64,000 nucleotides of DNA from a candidate division FCPU426 bacterium (GCA_963840035.1 CAWIXE010000002.1:1472001-1536000), one strand, 5' to 3'. Numbered from the stretch's first letter, positions 34,121 to 43,951 are shown. Program-made: numbers and translations. The notes: generated from the sequence alone by a model not told the origin.

Positions 34121-35369
34121 TGTATTCTTTCTTCATCCTTTCCATAAAATCAAACAGGGTCTGCTCGTAATCAGGTTCCTTGTTTATCAGTACTTTTTCG
34201 AGCACGTACCTGTTAAAGTCTTCCCTGACCATCGTCCATTTATAAAAGGTGGGTTCAGCCTGCGCGTACGAAAGCAGCCCCTTTACTTTTGAAAATTCCG
34301 GCCTGTTTATAAGGTTCGTGGCGCAGGAAAAATCCCCGGGGTATATCATCATATTCTTTTCTTTCATGCTCATGAAACGGCCCAGCTGGTTTAATGGCGA
34401 TATTACGTTCTGTATATATGCCCATGCTATCTTCTTTTTTTCAGGCGATATTCCGCTGTTAATGATAAACGCGTCTCCGCCGGCGTGCCACGCCTTTATA
34501 CCCCCGTCGCCTTCAGGCAGGGGGACAATTTCCACAAGCGCCGGATCCAGCCCGTAGCGCCTTGACATGACAGGAATCTGTTTCGCGACCCCCAGCATCA
34601 TGGCTATCTTACCGGCTGAAAAAAGCTGCTCTATGTCATAATCATAATATATGCTCTGCGGCGGCATGGCTTTATATTTCCACTTAAGGGAATTCCAGAA
34701 TTTTAAAGCCTTGACCACACCCGGGTTATTAAGGTTAAGCTTGCCTTTGGAGTATATGTCCCCTCCGGCCTGCCATATGAAATCAATGAAGTAAAACATG
34801 TCCGGAGGCATTGCTATGCCCCATGTACCCGGCAGTTTCCTGTTTATGGCCTCGCTGTAGTTTATCAGGTCCTGCCATGTAGCCGGCGGGTCCGTAATCC
34901 CGCATTTTTCAAAAATATCTTTCCTGTAAAAAAGCGTGGTGAAATATGAGTCATATGGAATCCCGTAGATATCCTCATCGACTTTTACCGACTGCCACAT
35001 TATGGGCGGCATGTAATCTTTCTGGGTCCACTTATCGGTTATATCGTTGAGCTTTGCTAGAAACCCGTATTTTGCCATTGAAGGTATTGCCGTGATAGGT
35101 ATGCGCGCGACATCAGGCCCTTTTCCGGAGGCCATCACGCTTACGAATTCCTGCGGTTTATACTCCCTTGAAATACCGTTAACCTTAACACCCGGGTTGA
35201 CTTTTTCAAAATAGGAGGTTTCATCATCCCAGAGCAGTTTATGTGCCTTGTCTGAAGCCGACGGCATGTTCCAAACGGTCAGTATTGCCGCGTCCTCACC
35301 GGACGAGGCAGCAAGGACCTGCGCGAATAAAACAGCTGTAATAAATAATGCCGCAATCTTCTTTTTCAA
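34113..35369 (-). CDS. Sugar ABC transporter substrate-binding protein
   Basis: Signal peptide; GPDV, YGIPYD..LFYRKDIF, PATWQD. Confidence 0.9.
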   Translation of the reverse strand: MKKKIAALFITAVLFAQVLAASSGEDAAILTVWNMPSASDKAHKLLWDDETSYFEKVNPGVKVNGISREYKPQEFVSVMASGKGPDVARIPITAIPSMAKYGFLAKLNDITDKWTQKDYMPPIMWQSVKVDEDIYGIPYDSYFTTLFYRKDIFEKCGITDPPATWQDLINYSEAINRKLPGTWGIAMPPDMFYFIDFIWQAGGDIYSKGKLNLNNPGVVKALKFWNSLKWKYKAMPPQSIYYDYDIEQLFSAGKIAMMLGVAKQIPVMSRRYGLDPALVEIVPLPEGDGGIKAWHAGGDAFIINSGISPEKKKIAWAYIQNVISPLNQLGRFMSMKEKNMMIYPGDFSCATNLINRPEFSKVKGLLSYAQAEPTFYKWTMVREDFNRYVLEKVLINKEPDYEQTLFDFMERMKKEYNE

Positions 35370-35413
35370 CTCAGCCTCATTTTACGCAATAGTCAATCGA
35401 CAATCGTCAATTG

Positions 35414-36139
35414 TTAATTTATTTTTGAAAGGATGTCCTTTGCCATGTTCGCCCAATAACCTTCTTTTGTGTCTTTCACAATCTCTTCGCACATTGCCTT
35501 AGCCGCGGTCTTGTCATTCATCCTCGAGTAGCACTCCGCCAGCTTAAGCTTTATGTCATACTTATTATTCCCGCCGTTATATGTCTTTATAACTTTTTCC
35601 CACTCTGTGGCGGCGTCCGCGTACTTACCCTGCTGGAAAAATACATATGCTTTTCCGCTTACAGCGTCAGGCAGCAATAAGTGCTTTGGGAATTTGCTGA
35701 TAAATGAATTGAAGTATTCAAGCGATTCAACATACTGCTCATTATTATAATAGGCATTCGCAAGCCCAAGCATGGCGGACGGGTATGCCTTTGTTCCTTT
35801 GAAGTTCTGCAGCACGTTCGTATATGCGGCTTCTATCTTATCGTATTTTTCCTTTTTTGACCTGAAAAGGCCGTACATGGCCGCCTGCGGGTCGTCTAAA
35901 ACCGGCCTGTTAACATAATAATTTGCCTCGGCAAGCGACTGCTCAGCCTTTAACTCGGCCGTATTCCTGCCGTTTAAATAAAGCGGTATGGCTACGATTA
36001 CCACTACGATAATGACAGCGGCAATAATGATATTTTCCGTATGCTTCTTAAAATAACCGGTTGTGGCATTTACAAAATCCTGAGTCTCATTCCTTTTTAC
36101 AAGCTTTATGACGTCCTTATGTTTCATTTTCTTTTCCAT
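35414..36139 (-). CDS. Membrane-anchored TPR protein (YfgM/CpoB-like)
   Basis: Single N-terminal TM helix followed by TPR helices (LGLANAYY, GKAYVFFQQGKY). Confidence 0.8.
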   Translation of the reverse strand: MEKKMKHKDVIKLVKRNETQDFVNATTGYFKKHTENIIIAAVIIVVVIVAIPLYLNGRNTAELKAEQSLAEANYYVNRPVLDDPQAAMYGLFRSKKEKYDKIEAAYTNVLQNFKGTKAYPSAMLGLANAYYNNEQYVESLEYFNSFISKFPKHLLLPDAVSGKAYVFFQQGKYADAATEWEKVIKTYNGGNNKYDIKLKLAECYSRMNDKTAAKAMCEEIVKDTKEGYWANMAKDILSKIN

Positions 36140-36218
36140 TACGGGCTCCTTTAGTGTTTGATCATTACTATATGTTCCATGCTGGCGCTACTCACCACCA
36201 ACCACTCACCACCCACTG

Positions 36219-36788
36219 TTACTTTAGAAACATTGTTATTCCTGCGTCAAAAGTTACGAACGTGAAGTTATCACCTGTTCCGCCGGCCAATGAAGCCTGG
36301 TTAAAGAGTATTTCAACATTTGCGGAAATCATGTTGTTAATAGGGTAATTTGCGCCCAGGCCCGCGCCAAAACCAAAACCGGTTTCTGAAGCCATCACTG
36401 AATTCTCGGAAGTATCCAGTTTCGCGTATTTCAGGAGGTACAAGCCTATCAAAACCTTCGCGTAAGGCCAGATAAAAAAATCAGGCATATATGGCGAATA
36501 AACAGCTTCAATGTCAATTACCGTAGCTGAAAACGGTTCCGGAGCGGCGGTAAGCTTATAGGGAATCTGCAGGAAAGTAAATCCGCCGCCAACCTGCGTT
36601 TCCGAATCAAGCCCTTTTCTTACTGAAATTCCCCCGTTAAAACCGCCGGTAAAATTATTACCCATTTCCATTATCGGGTATGACAATCCTCCGCGCCCTG
36701 TTGCCACCCAGTAATCCACATTGACCTTTGCCGCGTATAATGATGCCGCGGTAAGTATTGCCAGAACCGCCATTATAATCCTCTTCAT
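36219..36788 (-). CDS. Small outer-membrane beta-barrel protein (OMP_b-brl-like)
   Basis: Signal peptide; WPYAKV, GFGFGAGLGANY, FDAGITMF. Confidence 0.75.
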   Translation of the reverse strand: MKRIIMAVLAILTAASLYAAKVNVDYWVATGRGGLSYPIMEMGNNFTGGFNGGISVRKGLDSETQVGGGFTFLQIPYKLTAAPEPFSATVIDIEAVYSPYMPDFFIWPYAKVLIGLYLLKYAKLDTSENSVMASETGFGFGAGLGANYPINNMISANVEILFNQASLAGGTGDNFTFVTFDAGITMFLK

Positions 36789-36878
36789 TTTCCCCTCCCA
36801 TATAATTGAAAATTGTTGATTGACGATTGCGGATTAATAACCGGTCTTAGTGTTTATTAATCCGCAATCAACAATCCG

Positions 36879-37529
36879 CTATCTGCAATTTTTAACAAGT
36901 TCTTCCGAGTTCCTGATTGCCTGCTTTATCTCTTCATCATTAAGTCCCGCGCCTTTTAGTATCTTCTCGCGGCCCGCGTCGTCCTGCAGGTCATTGGGCG
37001 CGTGAGTATCGGTATTAAAAACCAATTTTGCGCCGATCTTCCTTGCGAGTTTAGCTACGTGGCCGTTAGTAAGGTTATGGCCTCCTCTTGCGGTAATTTC
37101 AAGGCACACGCCATTCTTCCTGGCAAGGCTGACTTCATCTTCCGTTATCTTTCCCGGATGGGCAAGTATGTCAACACCGGCTTTAATGGCGGCCAGGTTT
37201 GACCCGGGCTCAACCGGTTCCACTATTGTCTCCCCGTGAAAGACAACTATTTTCGCGCCGTACTTACGGGCTTTGATTACCAGCCCCTTAACAAGTGAAG
37301 GCGCGACATGCGTGATCTCAACCCCGGGAAAACATTTGATGTCCTTGTATGCTTTATTAGTATCATTGCAGACTTTCTTAAGCCCTTTTATAACAGTATC
37401 AATATTGGAAATATCAGCATGGTCGGTTATGGCAATCGCGGTATATCCCTTTTTCCGCGCCCTCTGAATGAGTTCGGATGGCAATAGCACGCCGTCAGAA
37501 AACAAACTGTGCGTGTGGAGATCAATCAT
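36879..37529 (-). CDS. PHP-domain phosphatase (histidinol-phosphatase-like)
   Basis: DLHTHS..SDG, AITDH, GVEITH, LAHPG, NTDTH. Confidence 0.88.
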   Translation of the reverse strand: MIDLHTHSLFSDGVLLPSELIQRARKKGYTAIAITDHADISNIDTVIKGLKKVCNDTNKAYKDIKCFPGVEITHVAPSLVKGLVIKARKYGAKIVVFHGETIVEPVEPGSNLAAIKAGVDILAHPGKITEDEVSLARKNGVCLEITARGGHNLTNGHVAKLARKIGAKLVFNTDTHAPNDLQDDAGREKILKGAGLNDEEIKQAIRNSEELVKNCR

Positions 37530-37662
37530 GAACACCCGCCTATAAGATCAAATGATTTCGAAATCCGAACAGCCCCGCAGTCGACCGCAGCCGCAAGCGT
37601 TTTATTTTTTCGGCTATCGGCTGATCGGCTGCTCCCCATTTTTTCCGCTCAAGCGGAAAAAA

Positions 37663-37738
37663 TGGTACCCTCGAGACGAATCGAACGTCCGGCCAACGGT
37701 TTAGGAAACCGCTGCTCTATCCACTGAGCTACGAGGGC
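37663..37738 (-). tRNA. tRNA-Arg(CCT)
   Basis: GCCCTCGTAGCTCAGTGGATAGAGCAGCGGTTTCCTAAACCGTTGGCCGGACGTTCGATTCGTCTCGAGGGTACCA: cloverleaf, anticodon CCT, encoded CCA. Confidence 0.95.
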
Positions 37739-37833
37739 ACGGTGTTAACAGTGGTAATTACAATGACATATTTTAAAGGAAACTAAGCGTTTTGTAAAGG
37801 GCGAATTAAGCATTTTACCTGTGTATTTTATAA

Positions 37834-37863
37834 TAAAAAAGCGCGGGCCAAGCCCGCGCTTTC
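37834..37863 (-). terminator. Intrinsic terminator
   Basis: AAAGCGCGGGC-caa-GCCCGCGCTTT with a U-tract on the minus strand. Confidence 0.75.
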
Positions 37864-37896
37864 ATATATTAGTCATTAGTAATTGGTAATTGCCTT

Positions 37897-38343
37897 TCAG
37901 CACTCCCTGCGGTTCTTCCTCTTGTCTTCGTCTTCCCTTACCACAAGGTCAAAAACCGGCCTGATGCCGAGCTTTTCCGCCCTCTTTATCCTTTCGACCT
38001 CTTCCTCTCCGAGTTCCATGGACGCCTTAAAAACAACGCCCCTGTGAAGGTCCCCGGTAAAAAGCCAGTCAAAGCCTTCTTTATCATATACGCTCTTGCC
38101 CTTTTGCTGCCAGGAAACAAAAAGAAGGTCAACCGGCTGCTTTACATAAACATCCGTAAGTTCAAGTTCCCGGCCATCAAAATAATCCACTAGATTATCG
38201 CCGAAATCCACCTTGAAAATACCGAGGTTTATGTCAATGATTTTACCTGTTTTATCCAGGAGCTTTTTCGGCCTTTTTGCGCCATCTTCCTCTGATTTCC
38301 ATATATCCAGAGTCTTTACCCGTACCCTGTCTCCTACCTTCAT
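37897..38343 (-). CDS. Hypothetical protein with an N-terminal KOW/SH3-like segment
   Basis: MKVGDRVRVK..GKIIDI..KVDFG..ELEL; own consensus promoter at 38413-38441. Confidence 0.65.
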   Translation of the reverse strand: MKVGDRVRVKTLDIWKSEEDGAKRPKKLLDKTGKIIDINLGIFKVDFGDNLVDYFDGRELELTDVYVKQPVDLLFVSWQQKGKSVYDKEGFDWLFTGDLHRGVVFKASMELGEEEVERIKRAEKLGIRPVFDLVVREDEDKRKNRREC

Positions 38344-38412
38344 GGTTATACCCCCTTCAATGTTAATTTTGCCTTTGTTTTGAGTCCAAATCTGTACCTA
38401 ACCGTAAAATCA

Positions 38413-38606
38413 ATTATACACGTTTAAATAAGGGGTGTCAATTTAAAACGATTTTCAATTCTAAATTTTCAATTTTCAATTAAAACCTAAAAACGCCCAA
38501 TCTTTTATGTGTGTTTAAAGATTTAATTATTTAATTGAAAATTGAAAATTCAAAATCGAAAATTATGTTTTATCCCCTTGACACCCCACCCCTTACCCCG
38601 TAAAAT
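38413..38606. promoter_or_regulatory. Divergent sigma70 promoters separated by an inverted pair of 7-bp arrays (38451-38482 / 38532-38563)
   Basis: Minus strand: TTGACA-17-TATAAT (38413-38441). Plus strand: TTGACA-17-TAAAAT (38578-38606). Confidence 0.7.
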
Positions 38607-38640
38607 ATAACCTGATAAATAATTAATGAAAGGAGCTTTT

Positions 38641-39381
38641 ATGCAGGAAACCTTCAGTACCAACGTGACCTTAATTGGCTCGTTTTTAGCGGGAATTTTA
38701 TCATTCCTTTCACCCTGTGTCCTCCCCCTTATTCCCGGATACATTTCATTTATTTCAGGAGCGTCCATGCAGGAACTAGCTAACGCGGAGGATTTGAAAA
38801 AAGTCAGGATGCGGGTTATATTAAACTCCCTCATGTTTGTGGCGGGTTTCACGGTTATATTCGTTATTCTTGGCGCCTCAGCCACGGCCATAACAAAAGC
38901 CCTCACAAAGCACCTGCGCCTGATATCCATTATTGCCGGCTCCGTCATTATACTCTTTGGCATACATACTACCGGCGTTTTAAAACTCACGTTCCTTTAT
39001 AATGAAAAACGTTTTCAGACAAATACGCGGCCTGTTAATATGTTCGGCTCATTCGTCATAGGCCTTGCTTTTGCATTTGGCTGGACTCCGTGCATAGGCC
39101 CCATATTGGCTGGCATACTCGCGGTCGCGGCATCACAGGATACGGTAATGAAAGGCATTACGCTGCTTTTTGTGTATTCCCTGGGATTGGGCATACCGTT
39201 CATGATCACAGCCTGGTCCATAACCCTTTTCTTTAAAATGTTTGACAAAATCAAAAAATACTTTAACATAATAGAATGGTCTGCAGGAATACTGCTTATC
39301 ATCGTGGGCATACTCATGATAACCGGAGGCCTTACCCAGATTGCCGCTTCCCTTGAGTTTCTCAACAAATTCGCGAGGTGA
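38641..39381 (+). CDS. ccdA: Cytochrome c biogenesis / disulfide transporter CcdA
   Basis: SFLSPCVLPLIP and GWTPCIGPIL motifs; start at 38641 after AAGGAG. Confidence 0.93.
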   Translation: MQETFSTNVTLIGSFLAGILSFLSPCVLPLIPGYISFISGASMQELANAEDLKKVRMRVILNSLMFVAGFTVIFVILGASATAITKALTKHLRLISIIAGSVIILFGIHTTGVLKLTFLYNEKRFQTNTRPVNMFGSFVIGLAFAFGWTPCIGPILAGILAVAASQDTVMKGITLLFVYSLGLGIPFMITAWSITLFFKMFDKIKKYFNIIEWSAGILLIIVGILMITGGLTQIAASLEFLNKFAR

Positions 39382-39386
39382 TATAA

Positions 39387-39956
39387 ATGAAAAAGTCCCT
39401 ATTAATCCTGTCGTTGCTTGCCATATCCATGCTTTTTGCCGCCTGTCCTGCAGGCGATAAAACTGATGATACCGCGGTTACCATACAGCCGGAAGTCACA
39501 AGCCAGCCTGTCCCGGCGGGATATGCCGCAAAAACAAAAAGGCCGTCAGACGCGGTTTTGGCCCCTAATTTTACAATAGACGGTTTAAAAGGCGGCAAAG
39601 TCACCCTCTACGAGCATAAAGGCAAGATAATAATCCTGGACTTCTGGGCCACATGGTGCCCGCCGTGCAAAGCTGAGATACCCGATTTCATAGCGCTCCA
39701 GAATCAGTACAGGTCCAGCGGCCTTGTCATAATAGGCGCGGCCATTGACGACCCGAATAAGGTAGCCAACTTCGCTAAAAAAGCCGGAATTAATTACATA
39801 GTGGGCCTGGCAACGCAGGACACGGCAAGCATATACGGAGGAGTAAGAGGCATCCCGACAACTTTCGTCATAGACCGCGAGGGTTATATAGTGAGGCAGT
39901 ACGTGGGCTTCAGGCCGAAGGAAACATTTGAGCAGGATGTAAAGGACCTGATGTAA
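39387..39956 (+). CDS. TlpA/ResA thiol-disulfide oxidoreductase lipoprotein
   Basis: Lipobox FAAC; DFWATWCPPC; GIPTTFVIDREG. Confidence 0.93.
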   Translation: MKKSLLILSLLAISMLFAACPAGDKTDDTAVTIQPEVTSQPVPAGYAAKTKRPSDAVLAPNFTIDGLKGGKVTLYEHKGKIIILDFWATWCPPCKAEIPDFIALQNQYRSSGLVIIGAAIDDPNKVANFAKKAGINYIVGLATQDTASIYGGVRGIPTTFVIDREGYIVRQYVGFRPKETFEQDVKDLM

Positions 39957-39971
39957 AACATTGAATTAAAT

Positions 39972-40002
39972 AAAAAAAGCGGGCCAATAGCCCGCTTTTT
40001 TT
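39972..40002. terminator. Bidirectional terminator between convergent genes
   Basis: AAAAAAAGCGGGC-caata-GCCCGCTTTTTTT. Confidence 0.85.
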
Positions 40003-40543
40003 ATTTAACAACAGCCTCATTAAAACCGCTTATTTTTTTATCCCAGTAAAACAATTTGTTAATATTATTTCCAGCCCCGCAGTCAGACAGCCTGATGGAC
40101 GGGTATGCCGCAGATATCTTAACTGGCTTGCCTTTTATTTCCACATCAATAACGCCCGGAAAAACCAGACTCAGCGCCAATGACACCGGCAGTGCGCATT
40201 CTCCAAGCTCCTGCAGGACAAAAGAACCTATTATCTGGCCCCTGTTATCAGCAAGAAAAGCCATGCAATATAGCTTCACCTTATCAGCCTTTGTCTTTTC
40301 CTTCATGAAAACCACATAATCCAAAGCGCCATCACCGTTGAAGTCCTCTCTTTTATCAAACTTATAGGACATTTGATTTTCACACGCGCTTTCATCTATA
40401 TCCTTTGCCTTTAGCATCTCAAGTGTATCATAGGCATGGTTGATGATGTACTCGGGGGATTTTTTATAGGCGTTAACTGACAAAAATGTTATAACAGCAA
40501 CAGCAAATATGGATAATGATATCAGAAATATATATTTCTTCAT
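40001..40543 (-). CDS. Hypothetical exported protein with a DxNxDG Ca-binding-like motif
   Basis: N-terminal TM or signal sequence; EDFNGDGALDY; GGAGG SD. Confidence 0.65.
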   Translation of the reverse strand: MKKYIFLISLSIFAVAVITFLSVNAYKKSPEYIINHAYDTLEMLKAKDIDESACENQMSYKFDKREDFNGDGALDYVVFMKEKTKADKVKLYCMAFLADNRGQIIGSFVLQELGECALPVSLALSLVFPGVIDVEIKGKPVKISAAYPSIRLSDCGAGNNINKLFYWDKKISGFNEAVVK

Positions 40544-40576
40544 TTAGCCTCCTTGATTAATAAACACATCTCAAGC

Positions 40577-40741
40577 GTAGAGATGGGACCAGTGCCCATC
40601 TCAGACACGGCCGGTTTCGAGACACGGCTCTGAGAGGCCCACAGGTGGCCTCTCTACATTATTCCCCCGTTCGGGCCGACACATAGGTCGGCCCCTACAG
40701 GAGATGTAGTAATTGTCAATCGACAATAGTCAATAGTCAAT
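40577..40741. repeat. Cluster of three GTAG REP hairpins followed by a 7-bp array (CAATAGT/CAATCGA, 40711-40741)
   Basis: GTAGAGATGGG..CCCATCTC; GAGAGGCC..GGCCTCTCTACA; GGGCCGAC..GTCGGCCCCTACA. Confidence 0.75.
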
Positions 40742-41154
40742 TATTCTCCGATAATCTTTATAATAACACGTTTCTTCCGCTGCCCGTCAAATTCCGCGTA
40801 AAATATCTCCTGCCACGGACCGAGGTCGAGCTTTCCTGCGGTTACTGGAACCGTGACTTCATGGCCAACTAGCAAGTTCTTTAAGTGGGCGTCGCCGTTT
40901 GACTCGCCTGTATGATGATGGCGGTAATCAGGCCCTTCCGGGGCCAGCTTCTGCAGCCATTCCTCTATATCCTGATGCAGCCCTGATTCGTTGTCATTTA
41001 TGAATACTCCGGCAGTAATGTGCATAGCGGATACAAGACAAAGCCCTTCCTTAATGCCGGACTTTGCGAGTTCCTTTTCCACATCGCCGGTAAGGCGGAC
41101 AAGTTCCCTGTGTTTTTTTGTGTTGAACCATAAGTATGCTGTATGTGATTTCAT
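40741..41154 (-). CDS. yjbQ: YjbQ (UPF0047) secondary thiamine-phosphate synthase family protein
   Basis: [32 protein letters not shown]. Confidence 0.92.
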   Translation of the reverse strand: MKSHTAYLWFNTKKHRELVRLTGDVEKELAKSGIKEGLCLVSAMHITAGVFINDNESGLHQDIEEWLQKLAPEGPDYRHHHTGESNGDAHLKNLLVGHEVTVPVTAGKLDLGPWQEIFYAEFDGQRKKRVIIKIIGE

Positions 41155-41176
41155 AGGCCCTCTCCTGTCTCTCTAC

Positions 41177-41239
41177 TGTAGGGGCGATTCATGAATCGCC
41201 CGCCTTTCTGCGTTGGGCAATTCGTGAATTGCCCCTACA
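41177..41239. repeat. REPIN; inverted near-identical copy of 19442-19504
   Basis: TGTAGGGGCGATTCATGAATCGCCC...GGGCAATTCGTGAATTGCCCCTACA. Confidence 0.88.
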
Positions 41240-41244
41240 AGAAC

Positions 41245-42234
41245 TTACTTTTTAAAACCATTTAGTAACACTCCAAGATCTCCAACAAATTCAAGTCCGG
41301 CGTTCCTGCCCACTCCTGTAAACACAATTTCTTTACCTTTAAGTGTTTTCTTATAAAACTTAATATCTATCCTTGAAGCCAGCGATTCATTTACCCTCGA
41401 CACCATCTCCCCCATCTTAGGCGCAGGAAGTTCCACGCCCTCTGCCCTGTCCGCCTTTATCTCAAGGTATGATTCCCTGTTTTCCGCGAGTATTTCTATG
41501 TGGTCGTCGGTTACAGCCAGCCTGACAACCCTTGATCCGTTATATGTTGTAAATTTGTAGAGTTTCCCCTTATAAAGGAAGCCAAAGATATAGCCTGTAA
41601 AATAGCTGCCAAGCCACGGCACTTTAGCAATCGACCCAAACAGTGATATCCCAGGCTCGTCAAAATGGTTGGTCTGCATCCATATCCACGCCTGCGGCAT
41701 GGATGTTCCCCAGTCCTTTTCCATGTAACCTTTGCCGTCTGTAAGATCGGTCTTTTCCCCGTTCATTTCTATATTTCCATCCAGTACATGGTCAAAGCTG
41801 ATGTTTGCGTGGTAGCATTCCATAAAGGGCACGAACCTATACCATCCCATAACTCCCGGGGAAAAAATTGAAACCGGCCAGGGTATGATATTCTTCATTT
41901 TCATTTCAGCGGTAACCTTATTAACTCCGTCATCCATGTCCAGCTGGACACGGGTTGTGCTGAAAAAGTTTTTTCCTATTTTTACCTCAAATTTCTTCTC
42001 GTCAGACCAATAGTCATTTACCGGGTACTTAAAGTAAGTCATCTTGTGATTACGCGCGTCAAAAGCCATCACAAAAGAGTGGGATTTAGAAGGGTCTTTT
42101 GATAGGGATATACCCGGAATTACGGCGAAAGCTTTTTTCTCATCTTTATCGACCATTTTAAAGTACCAACCTTCAAAATAGTCCTTTGTCTTACCAAGCC
42201 CTTGAAAAGCCGCCGGATTATAAATATTTGACAT
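41245..42234 (-). CDS. Tocopherol cyclase family protein
   Basis: YFEGWYFK, MGWYRFVPFMECYH, GYMEKDWGTSMP..WIWMQ. Confidence 0.88.
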   Translation of the reverse strand: MSNIYNPAAFQGLGKTKDYFEGWYFKMVDKDEKKAFAVIPGISLSKDPSKSHSFVMAFDARNHKMTYFKYPVNDYWSDEKKFEVKIGKNFFSTTRVQLDMDDGVNKVTAEMKMKNIIPWPVSIFSPGVMGWYRFVPFMECYHANISFDHVLDGNIEMNGEKTDLTDGKGYMEKDWGTSMPQAWIWMQTNHFDEPGISLFGSIAKVPWLGSYFTGYIFGFLYKGKLYKFTTYNGSRVVRLAVTDDHIEILAENRESYLEIKADRAEGVELPAPKMGEMVSRVNESLASRIDIKFYKKTLKGKEIVFTGVGRNAGLEFVGDLGVLLNGFKK

Positions 42235-42351
42235 GATTTTGCCCCTGTCCTAAAGTTATTGTAGAGAGGGGGCTTTCCCCCTCTCGCCTTTCAACGTAGA
42301 GAGCCAGCTATCCATTCTCAACATTGTAATTTGTATCAGTTTCCCTATCGG

Positions 42352-42603
42352 TTACTTATATACTTCTCTTCGGTGCCTTACATTTAAAACTAAAACACCA
42401 TCTTCAACTTTAACATATAACGCTCTGTAATCACCAATCCTATAACTGCATAATCCCTTTAAATCCCCTGTTAACATTTTACCTTCAGGCGGTATTTTAG
42501 ATAAATTATTGGTTATTTTATCCATTATTAACTGCCTTATCGGTTTGTCGATTTTTTTAAGATCTTTATAAACCCTACTATCGTATCTAACCCTTGATCC
42601 CAA
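42352..42603 (-). CDS. relE: RelE/StbE family toxin
   Basis: KMLTGDLKGLCSYRIGDYRALY..VRHRREVY. Confidence 0.9.
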   Translation of the reverse strand: MGSRVRYDSRVYKDLKKIDKPIRQLIMDKITNNLSKIPPEGKMLTGDLKGLCSYRIGDYRALYVKVEDGVLVLNVRHRREVYK

Positions 42604-42811
42604 GTTTCTTCCTCATTTCAGCGTCCGTAATTGTTTTCCCCTTTTTATCCTTAAGCCTTTTTAAAGCTTCCAAGCCCTGTGAGTATTCACTTATATACTC
42701 TTCAAGGGCCTTTTTCACTATATAAGACCTGGACCTGTCCATGTCAACGGCAATATCATTAACTTTGTCATCAAGTTCATCCGGAATTCTGACGTTATAC
42801 ATTTTGCTCAT
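42587..42811 (-). CDS. Ribbon-helix-helix antitoxin (RelB/CopG-like)
   Basis: YNVRIPDELD..DRSRSYIVKKALEEY; overlaps the toxin start. Confidence 0.88.
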   Translation of the reverse strand: MSKMYNVRIPDELDDKVNDIAVDMDRSRSYIVKKALEEYISEYSQGLEALKRLKDKKGKTITDAEMRKKLGIKG

Positions 42812-42831
42812 TTAACGCCTCCTGTAAAGCA

Positions 42832-42880
42832 TTGTATTACAATGTAATACAAATATACATTATCCTCATTGTTTTGTCAA
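42832..42880 (-). promoter_or_regulatory. TA promoter (TTGACA-17-TATATT) with palindromic operator TTGTATTACA-A-TGTAATACAA
   Basis: Perfect 10-bp inverted repeat at 42832-42852, next to the -10 box. Confidence 0.8.
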
Positions 42881-42938
42881 GGTCTTGGCGCGGTCGGACA
42901 CACAGGTCCGCCCCTACAGTAACAATGCTATATAAACA

Positions 42939-42968
42939 AAAAAGGCGCAGATTTCTCCGCGCCTTTTT
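42939..42968 (-). terminator. Terminator after fba
   Basis: AAAAAGGCGC..GCGCCTTTTT. Confidence 0.7.
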
Positions 42969-42987
42969 CTATATTACCCTTTGCAGC

Positions 42988-43920
42988 TTAGATCTTGCCG
43001 CTGCATCCGAGTACGTTTTTCAGCTTGTTCTTTACGACCGCTTTGATGGCGTCCCTTGCCGGCCCCAGGTACTTCCTCGGGTCAAATTCGCCCGGGCTGT
43101 TTACAAATACTTCCCTGATGGTGGCAGTCATTGCAAGACGGAGGTCTGAGTCTATGTTTATCTTGGCTACGCCCATTGCGGCTGCTTTCCTGAGGAGGTC
43201 CTCGGGAACGCCTTTCGCGTTAGGCATTTTTCCGCCGAATTTATTGCATTTATCTACCAATTCCTGCGGAACCGATGAAGCTCCGTGAAGAACGAGCGGG
43301 TATCCGGCCGGAAGGACTTTCATTATCTCGGCAAGCCTGTCAAAATCAAGCTTTGCCTCGCCTTTGAACTTGTACGCGCCGTGGCTTGTGCCGATGGCTA
43401 CAGCCAGCGAATCGCATCCTGTTCTTTTGACGAACTCCGCGGCCTGCGCCGGGTTTGTGTATGAAGCGTCAGCAGCTGAAACGTTAACAGCGTCTTCCAC
43501 GCCTGCCAGTTTGCCGAGTTCGGCTTCAACAGGAATGCCTTTGGAGTGCGCGTAATCAACCACTTTTTTGGTCTCCGCGATGTTTCCCTCGAAATCAAAT
43601 CTCGAGGCGTCTATCATGACGGAAGTAAATCCGCCGTCTACGCATGATTTACAGACTTCAAAATCTTCGCCGTGGTCCAGGTGGAGCGCAATCGGCAATC
43701 CTGAGTCTTCAATGGCTGCCTGTACCAGGTGGATTAAGTAACCCTGCCTTGCATATTTTCTCGCGCCGGCCGATACCTGAAGTATGAGCGGTGCTTTTTC
43801 CTCTTTTGCGGCGTCAACTATGCCCTGAACGATCTCCATGTCATTTACATTGAAAGCGCCTATCGCGAATCCTTCTTTATTTGCCCTTGCGAACATTTCT
43901 TTTGTTCCGACTAACGGCAT
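42988..43920 (-). CDS. fba: Class II fructose-1,6-bisphosphate aldolase
   Basis: ALHLDHG, SVMIDAS, VEAELG, GTSHGAYK, LVLHGAS, KINIDSD. Confidence 0.96.
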   Translation of the reverse strand: MPLVGTKEMFARANKEGFAIGAFNVNDMEIVQGIVDAAKEEKAPLILQVSAGARKYARQGYLIHLVQAAIEDSGLPIALHLDHGEDFEVCKSCVDGGFTSVMIDASRFDFEGNIAETKKVVDYAHSKGIPVEAELGKLAGVEDAVNVSAADASYTNPAQAAEFVKRTGCDSLAVAIGTSHGAYKFKGEAKLDFDRLAEIMKVLPAGYPLVLHGASSVPQELVDKCNKFGGKMPNAKGVPEDLLRKAAAMGVAKINIDSDLRLAMTATIREVFVNSPGEFDPRKYLGPARDAIKAVVKNKLKNVLGCSGKI

Positions 43921-43951
43921 ACTAAGCCTCCTTATGAAAGGTTATGTAGTC

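Noticed and set aside
37560..38343. Prophage or island integrated at tRNA-Arg
   Set aside because: No integrase, no duplicated tRNA 3' end and no phage genes in the window.
41245..42234. Tocopherol (vitamin E) biosynthesis
   Set aside because: Family membership only; no prenyltransferase or methyltransferase nearby, and such homologs occur widely in non-phototrophs.
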